From contig DAORKI010000004.1 in the NCBI GenBank assembly GCA_035439485.1, positions 5,745 through 69,744 of the forward strand: a stretch of DNA of 64,000 nt, written 5' to 3'. The first letter of the stretch is position 1, and the number at the start of each line of letters is the position of its first letter. Origin of the DNA: Bacteroidia bacterium (GTDB lineage Bacteria > Bacteroidota > Bacteroidia > UBA4408). Under the pieces are notes generated by a model. It worked only from the letters and a program-made list of their open reading frames with translations, did not search any database and was not told the origin of the DNA. The position numbers and the translations under genes are program-made. This document shows, piece by piece, positions 58,812 through 64,000 of the stretch.

Positions 58812-60602
58812 ATGTCAAAAAATTACTCAAAATTATCTGCAATTATAGTGCTTTTAGTATTAGGTTTTACGAAAGTTCATGCACAAGAAGGTTTACCCAT
58901 TTACATGACAGATGAGGAATTGCAACAATTGCCTTATATCAATCATAATTATAACAATGGTAGATCTATTACTAACCCTCCTACTCTACCCATAAGAACC
59001 GCAGGAGAATGGGAAGAAGTGCAAACATTACTCATAACATGGACAGGATTTCCAAGTATTTTAACACAAATTGTCGATGCTGCACAAGAAGAATGTGAGG
59101 TTTTAATCACTTGCGCTGATTCAAATCAGGTTAAAAATACACTTAATACTGCAGGGGTACCTTTAACCAATGTAAAGTATTTAGAAGTAGGATTAAACAG
59201 TATTTGGCAGCGCGATTACAGTGCACACACTGCTTATTTGAACGATGTTGACTCATTGACCATGGTAGAATGGATCTATAATAGACCGAGACCTTTAGAT
59301 GATGCCATGCCTGTTGAACAAATGAACTTCAAAGGTATTACATTATATAGCACTACTCAAGCACCAAATGATTTAGTAAATACTGGCGGAAATTGGATGG
59401 TGGATGGCTTTGGTACTGCATTTGCATCAAAATTAATTTTGGAAGAAAATATGGCTGGTAATGTCTATGGAGTTACAGCTAAAACTGAATCAGAAATTGA
59501 TACAATTATGAAAAAATTTCATGGTATTGATAGATATATAAAAATGGAACCTTTACAATATGATGTTATTCATCATATTGACATGCACATGAAATTATTG
59601 GATGAAGAAACCTTACTTGTTGGCGAGTATCCAACCGGCATTTCTGATGGACCACAAATTGAAGCCAATTTACAATATGTATTGAGTAATTTTAATTCCG
59701 TATACGGAACTCCTTATAAGGTGATAAGAATCCCTATGCCTCCTAGCACCAGTGGTGCAAATCCTGGCACTCCATTTGGAAATGGTTCTTATCGCACATA
59801 CTCCAATAGCGTGTTTATCAATAAAACTATTATTCTCCCGTATTATCGCCAACAATACGATACAATTGCAGAGAGGATATACAAAACGGCTTTGCCCGGG
59901 TATAAGGTGGTTGGCATTGATTGTGATAACTCAGGAAACAATATTATTTCTCAAAGTGGTGCCATTCATTGTATAACCAATACCATAGGCGTTAATAATC
60001 CTTTGCTCATTAGCCATCAAGCATTGCCAAATACAAACGATAGTACAAATCCATATCAGGTAGATGCGTTAATTAAACATAGAAGTGGCATTTCAAGTGC
60101 TTACGTTTTCTATACTATTGATACAACGCTTGGATATCAATCAGTACCAATGACTTTAACCAATGTTGCCAACAATACTTGGACTGGTTATATTCCAGCT
60201 CAAGCAGCTGGTTCAACAGTTTTTTATTATATTGATGCTACTGCTAATTCTGGGAAACACCAAGTGAGACCTATTACTGCACCGCAGGGTTATTGGAAAT
60301 TTAATGTAGGGTTAACTACCTTTATCAATGAAGTGGTATCTAATTTCGAAGTAATGGATATTTTTCCAAATCCTGGCAGTGCAATTTCTTGCATTCCAGT
60401 AAAAAGTGATATAAACTCGCAACTCAATGTATGTTTATATGATGTTACTGGCAGAATGGTAAAGCAAATTTACAATGGTGAAATTAATATTGGCTCAAAA
60501 AATTTATTTATCAATTGTGCCGAATTTGATGCAGGTGTTTATAGTTTGGTATTCACTACCAATCAAAAGCAATACAGCAAAAAACTTTGTATTAAAAAAT
60601 AA
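58812..60602 (+). CDS. agmatine deiminase / Porphyromonas-type peptidylarginine deiminase family enzyme with T9SS C-terminal sorting domain
   Basis: It has a signal peptide. 'WQRDYSAHT', 'GGNWMVDGFGTA', 'HIDMHMKLLDEETLL' and the catalytic-Cys region 'GAIHCITN' match the AguA/PPAD (PF04371) family. The last ~80 aa 'MDIFPNPGSAIS...YSLVFTT' form the T9SS sorting domain. Confidence 0.8.
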   Translation: MSKNYSKLSAIIVLLVLGFTKVHAQEGLPIYMTDEELQQLPYINHNYNNGRSITNPPTLPIRTAGEWEEVQTLLITWTGFPSILTQIVDAAQEECEVLITCADSNQVKNTLNTAGVPLTNVKYLEVGLNSIWQRDYSAHTAYLNDVDSLTMVEWIYNRPRPLDDAMPVEQMNFKGITLYSTTQAPNDLVNTGGNWMVDGFGTAFASKLILEENMAGNVYGVTAKTESEIDTIMKKFHGIDRYIKMEPLQYDVIHHIDMHMKLLDEETLLVGEYPTGISDGPQIEANLQYVLSNFNSVYGTPYKVIRIPMPPSTSGANPGTPFGNGSYRTYSNSVFINKTIILPYYRQQYDTIAERIYKTALPGYKVVGIDCDNSGNNIISQSGAIHCITNTIGVNNPLLISHQALPNTNDSTNPYQVDALIKHRSGISSAYVFYTIDTTLGYQSVPMTLTNVANNTWTGYIPAQAAGSTVFYYIDATANSGKHQVRPITAPQGYWKFNVGLTTFINEVVSNFEVMDIFPNPGSAISCIPVKSDINSQLNVCLYDVTGRMVKQIYNGEINIGSKNLFINCAEFDAGVYSLVFTTNQKQYSKKLCIKK

Positions 60603-60636
60603 ATGTAGACCAATTTCGCATATTTAAAGGTAATGT

Positions 60637-61674
60637 ATGTACAAAATTATTAGATGGTTTCTCTTTAAGTTAAACCCTGAAAGTGCACATCATTTTACCT
60701 TTTTTATTTTAAATATTATTTTTAAAATTCCTGGTATTGGTTGGATTTTCAGAAAGAATTTTGTTTTGAATGATGCTCAACTTGGTATTAATTTATTTGG
60801 TTTGCATTTTAAAAATCGAGTAGGTTTAGCTGCTGGTTTTGACAAAGACGCAAAATTTTATCAACAGCTGAGCAATTTTGGGTTTGGCTTTATTGAAATT
60901 GGTACTGTCACGCCTTTGGCTCAACCAGGCAATGATAAACCACGAATGTTCCGTTTGCCAAAGGATAAAGCGCTATTAAATAGAATGGGCTTTAATAATC
61001 AAGGTGTTGTTGCTGCAGCAAAAAGGTTAAAGGAGAAAAAAGCTGCTGTAATTATAGGTGGAAACATAGGTAAAAATAAAAATACAAGTAATGAAGATGC
61101 GGTCCATGATTACCTTACATGTTTTGAAACTTTATATGATGTAGTTGATTATTTTGTGGTTAATGTTAGCTCTCCAAACACACCTAATTTGCGCGATTTG
61201 CAAGACAAAGAGCCTTTAACCAAATTACTGATGAATTTAGTAGAATTAAATAATAAAAAAATTAAGCCTAAACCAATTTTATTAAAAATTGCTCCCGACT
61301 TATCGAATAGTCAACTTGACGATATTATTGAAATTGTGGATTCAACAAAAATACATGGTGTAATAGCTACAAACACTACAATTGATAGGAATTTATTGCA
61401 AAATGAAAGGGAATATGCATTAACTTTAGGCCTAGGTGGATTGAGTGGAAAACCTTTAACAAAGCGCTCTACTGAGGTCATTAAATATTTATTTGATCAA
61501 TCTAAAGGCGCCTTCCCAATAATTGGTGTAGGTGGTATTCACAGTGCCGATGATGCTATTGAGAAAATTAAAGCAGGAGCAAGTTTAGTGCAACTATACA
61601 CAGGGTTTATTTATGAAGGACCTAGTTTAATAAAGCAAATTAATTACCAACTTTTACGAGAAAAAATAAACTAA
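60637..61674 (+). CDS. pyrD: dihydroorotate dehydrogenase (quinone), class 2
   Basis: It has an N-terminal membrane-association helix and 'GFIEIGTVT', 'NVSSPNTP' and 'GVGGI' motifs. Confidence 0.93.
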   Translation: MYKIIRWFLFKLNPESAHHFTFFILNIIFKIPGIGWIFRKNFVLNDAQLGINLFGLHFKNRVGLAAGFDKDAKFYQQLSNFGFGFIEIGTVTPLAQPGNDKPRMFRLPKDKALLNRMGFNNQGVVAAAKRLKEKKAAVIIGGNIGKNKNTSNEDAVHDYLTCFETLYDVVDYFVVNVSSPNTPNLRDLQDKEPLTKLLMNLVELNNKKIKPKPILLKIAPDLSNSQLDDIIEIVDSTKIHGVIATNTTIDRNLLQNEREYALTLGLGGLSGKPLTKRSTEVIKYLFDQSKGAFPIIGVGGIHSADDAIEKIKAGASLVQLYTGFIYEGPSLIKQINYQLLREKIN

Positions 61675-61680
61675 TTTCTA

Positions 61681-62541
61681 ATGAACAATATGGTAAAACT
61701 CATTGAATGTCCACGTGACGCTATGCAAGGTTTGCACGATTTTATACCTACCAAATTAAAGGCAGCCTATATCAACCAATTGCTTAAGGTAGGATTTGAC
61801 ACGATTGATTTTGGTAGTTTTGTTTCTCCTAAAGCCATACCCCAGTTAAGAGACACAGCGGAAGTACTGAGCTTACTCGATTTATCTCAAACAAATTCAA
61901 AACTACTTGCTATTATTGCCAATACGAGAGGTGCCGAAGATGCATGTAAATTTGAAGAAATTAATTATTTAGGTTTCCCTTTCTCCATCTCCGAAACATT
62001 TCAACAAAGAAATACAAATTCAAGTATTGAAGAATCACTCATTAGAGTTGAAGAAATTCAAAATCTCTGTTTAAAAAATAATAAAAAACTGGTTATTTAT
62101 ATTTCCATGGCATTTGGAAATCCATATGGTGATGCGTGGAATGGTGAAATTGCTGTTAATTATACTGAAATGTTATATAAAAAAGGTATACGTATTTTTG
62201 CCATGTCAGATACCATTGGTTCATCTAATCGTGAAAACATTAACGACCTCTTTGGAAAAGTAATTCCTGCATTTGCTGATGCAGAAATTGGCGCGCATTT
62301 GCATTCCACTCCCGAAACAAGAATGGAAAAAATTGATGCAGCATTTCAATCGGGTTGTATTAGATTTGATGCTGCCATTCATGGAATTGGAGGTTGTCCA
62401 ATGGCAAAGGAAGAACTTACAGGTAATTTAGCTACCGAAACGCTAATTGACTATTTGAATGATAAAAAAATAGTTACTCATCTCAATGAATTGGCTCTTC
62501 AAGACGCATATCAAATGGCCAGTGCCATTTTCCCAGGCTAA
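61681..62541 (+). CDS. hydroxymethylglutaryl-CoA lyase (HMGL-like)
   Basis: It is a TIM-barrel DRE-TIM family protein with 'ECPRDAMQG' and 'GAHLH' and a Cys in 'GIGGCPMA'. Confidence 0.88.
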   Translation: MNNMVKLIECPRDAMQGLHDFIPTKLKAAYINQLLKVGFDTIDFGSFVSPKAIPQLRDTAEVLSLLDLSQTNSKLLAIIANTRGAEDACKFEEINYLGFPFSISETFQQRNTNSSIEESLIRVEEIQNLCLKNNKKLVIYISMAFGNPYGDAWNGEIAVNYTEMLYKKGIRIFAMSDTIGSSNRENINDLFGKVIPAFADAEIGAHLHSTPETRMEKIDAAFQSGCIRFDAAIHGIGGCPMAKEELTGNLATETLIDYLNDKKIVTHLNELALQDAYQMASAIFPG

Positions 62542-62578
62542 ATTTCAATCAATTAATCAAAGAGTCAGCAAAATTTTA

Positions 62579-64000
62579 TTATTTAACAAGTGAACCATTA
62601 TTAAAATCTTTTGTAGGAACCACAAAACTTAATTCACCGGCACTATTTTCGGCCATTAAAATCATGCCTTGACTTTCAATACCTTTTATTTTACGGGGTG
62701 CCAAATTAACCAACATACATACCTTTTGTCCAATTATATTTTCAGGTGAATAATACTGTGCAATACCTGAAACTACCGTCCTTTCATCAATTCCAGTGTT
62801 AATTTTCAATTTCAATAATTTATCGGTTTTAGGCACTCTTTCTGCTGCTAAGATAGTGCCAGTTCTTATGTCCATTTTGCTAAAATCATCAAAACTTGTT
62901 TCCGATTTTTGTGGTGTAACAACAACCTCGGTTAATTCTTTAGTTTGAGTCATATTTAATTGTTTTGATTGATTAAGCTTCTCTACTTGTTGTTCAATAA
63001 CAACATCTTCAATTTTATTATAAAGAAGTGAAGCTTCTCCAATGGCATGATCCACGGGCAACAAATAATTATTCAATTGAGTCCAATCTAATTTTTTGAG
63101 GTTGAGCATGCTATAAATTTTATTGGAACTAAAAGGTAAAAATGGTTCACTCAAAACTGCTAAACATGCTGTGAGTTGCAATGATACATGCATTATTGTT
63201 GCCACTCGTTCATCATCCTTTCCATGTAATTTCCAAGGTTCTGTATCGGCTAAATATTTATTTCCCGTACGAGCCAAATTAATAAACTCTGCAAGTGCCT
63301 CTCTAAATCTAAACTTTTCAATACGCTCACTAATGCGTTTTGGAGCCTCAGCCATTTCATTAAAACAATGCTCATCAATTTCTTGTAATGCATTCATAAC
63401 AGGCACTTTTCCTTGAAAGTATTTATGCGTCAACACCAAAGTACGGTTAACGAAATTGCCTAATATGGCCACCAACTCATTATTGTTCTTAGCTTGAAAA
63501 TCTTTCCAAGTAAAATCATTATCTTTAGTTTCAGGCATGTTGCTGCAAAGTGTATATCTTAAAACATCTTGCATATCTTTAAAATCATTTAAATACTCAT
63601 GAAGCCAAACAGCCCAATTACGCGAAGTAGAAATTTTATCTCCTTCTAAATTAAGGAACTCATTAGCTGGAACATTTTCTGGCAATATAAAATCACCATG
63701 TTCCATAAGCATTGCAGGAAATATTATACAATGAAAAACAATATTATCTTTTCCAATAAAATGAATCAAGCGTGTATCATCCTTTTGCCACCAATCTTTC
63801 CAAGATTCATATTTATTAATTTGTTTTGCAAATTCCTTGGTGGCCGAAATGTATCCAATGGGAGCATCAAACCAAACATATAAAACTTTACCTTCTGCAC
63901 CTTCAACAGGCACGGGAACTCCCCAATCCAAATCACGAGTCATGGCCCTTGGTTGCAATCCATCACCACTTACTAACCAACTTTTACATTGTCCGTAAAC
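62579..64000 (-). CDS. metG: methionine--tRNA ligase (partial, N-terminus outside window)
   Basis: The anticodon-binding domain and the C-terminal EMAP/tRNA-binding domain are present ('[21 protein letters not shown]'). The reading frame stays open to the window edge. Confidence 0.93.
   Translation of the reverse strand, partial: VYGQCKSWLVSGDGLQPRAMTRDLDWGVPVPVEGAEGKVLYVWFDAPIGYISATKEFAKQINKYESWKDWWQKDDTRLIHFIGKDNIVFHCIIFPAMLMEHGDFILPENVPANEFLNLEGDKISTSRNWAVWLHEYLNDFKDMQDVLRYTLCSNMPETKDNDFTWKDFQAKNNNELVAILGNFVNRTLVLTHKYFQGKVPVMNALQEIDEHCFNEMAEAPKRISERIEKFRFREALAEFINLARTGNKYLADTEPWKLHGKDDERVATIMHVSLQLTACLAVLSEPFLPFSSNKIYSMLNLKKLDWTQLNNYLLPVDHAIGEASLLYNKIEDVVIEQQVEKLNQSKQLNMTQTKELTEVVVTPQKSETSFDDFSKMDIRTGTILAAERVPKTDKLLKLKINTGIDERTVVSGIAQYYSPENIIGQKVCMLVNLAPRKIKGIESQGMILMAENSAGELSFVVPTKDFNNGSLVK

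Overview
This is a low-GC Bacteroidota chromosomal segment with about 52 protein-coding genes at roughly 90% coding density. The phylum is inferred from type IX secretion (T9SS) C-terminal sorting domains, a PorP/SprF gene, SprB repeats and TAnnTTTG -7 promoter boxes. Most of the window is housekeeping: ligA, uvrA, ftsK-lolA-ppiB, aroC, sucAB, mtgA, tatA, comEC, pyrD, an HMG-CoA lyase and a partial metG. I found no rRNA, tRNA, CRISPR array, transposase, integrase, or recognisable restriction or defence genes. The accessory-like content falls into five groups.

- **Exopolysaccharide/capsule locus (14.4-23.5 kb, minus strand).** It comprises an AsnB-like amidotransferase, a family 4 glycosyltransferase (GT4), Wza, a Wzc tyrosine autokinase, rfbC and a WecA-like initiating transferase. 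The Wzc kinase ends in an unusual (GY)n tail encoded by an in-frame hexanucleotide repeat. A CapD-like dehydratase lies at 46.2 kb.
- **Several T9SS elements.** There are four predicted cargo proteins with C-terminal sorting domains. One is a PPAD/agmatine-deiminase-family enzyme. Another is a SprB-repeat adhesin paired with a PorP/SprF gene. There is also a PG1058-like multidomain OmpA protein.
- **Putative sulfur/thiol-stress cluster (53.5-57.7 kb).** It is tightly packed: a Crp/Fnr regulator, a standalone YgaP-like DUF2892 membrane domain, small Cys-motif membrane proteins, two single-domain rhodaneses and an OsmC-family protein. A Kelch-type T9SS cargo gene is embedded in it.
- **Stress and envelope genes.** These are an orphan TPR-transmembrane-SpoIIE/PP2C phosphatase and an OmpA protein with thrombospondin type 3 repeats (TSP3), which are visible as imperfect tandem DNA repeats.
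- **Unassignable 689-aa protein.** It sits with an adjacent membrane protein at 50.7-53.5 kb.

Nothing in the window looks like a known defence system. The most promising candidates for something new are the sulfur cluster and the unknown 689-aa gene next to the SprB/PorP module.
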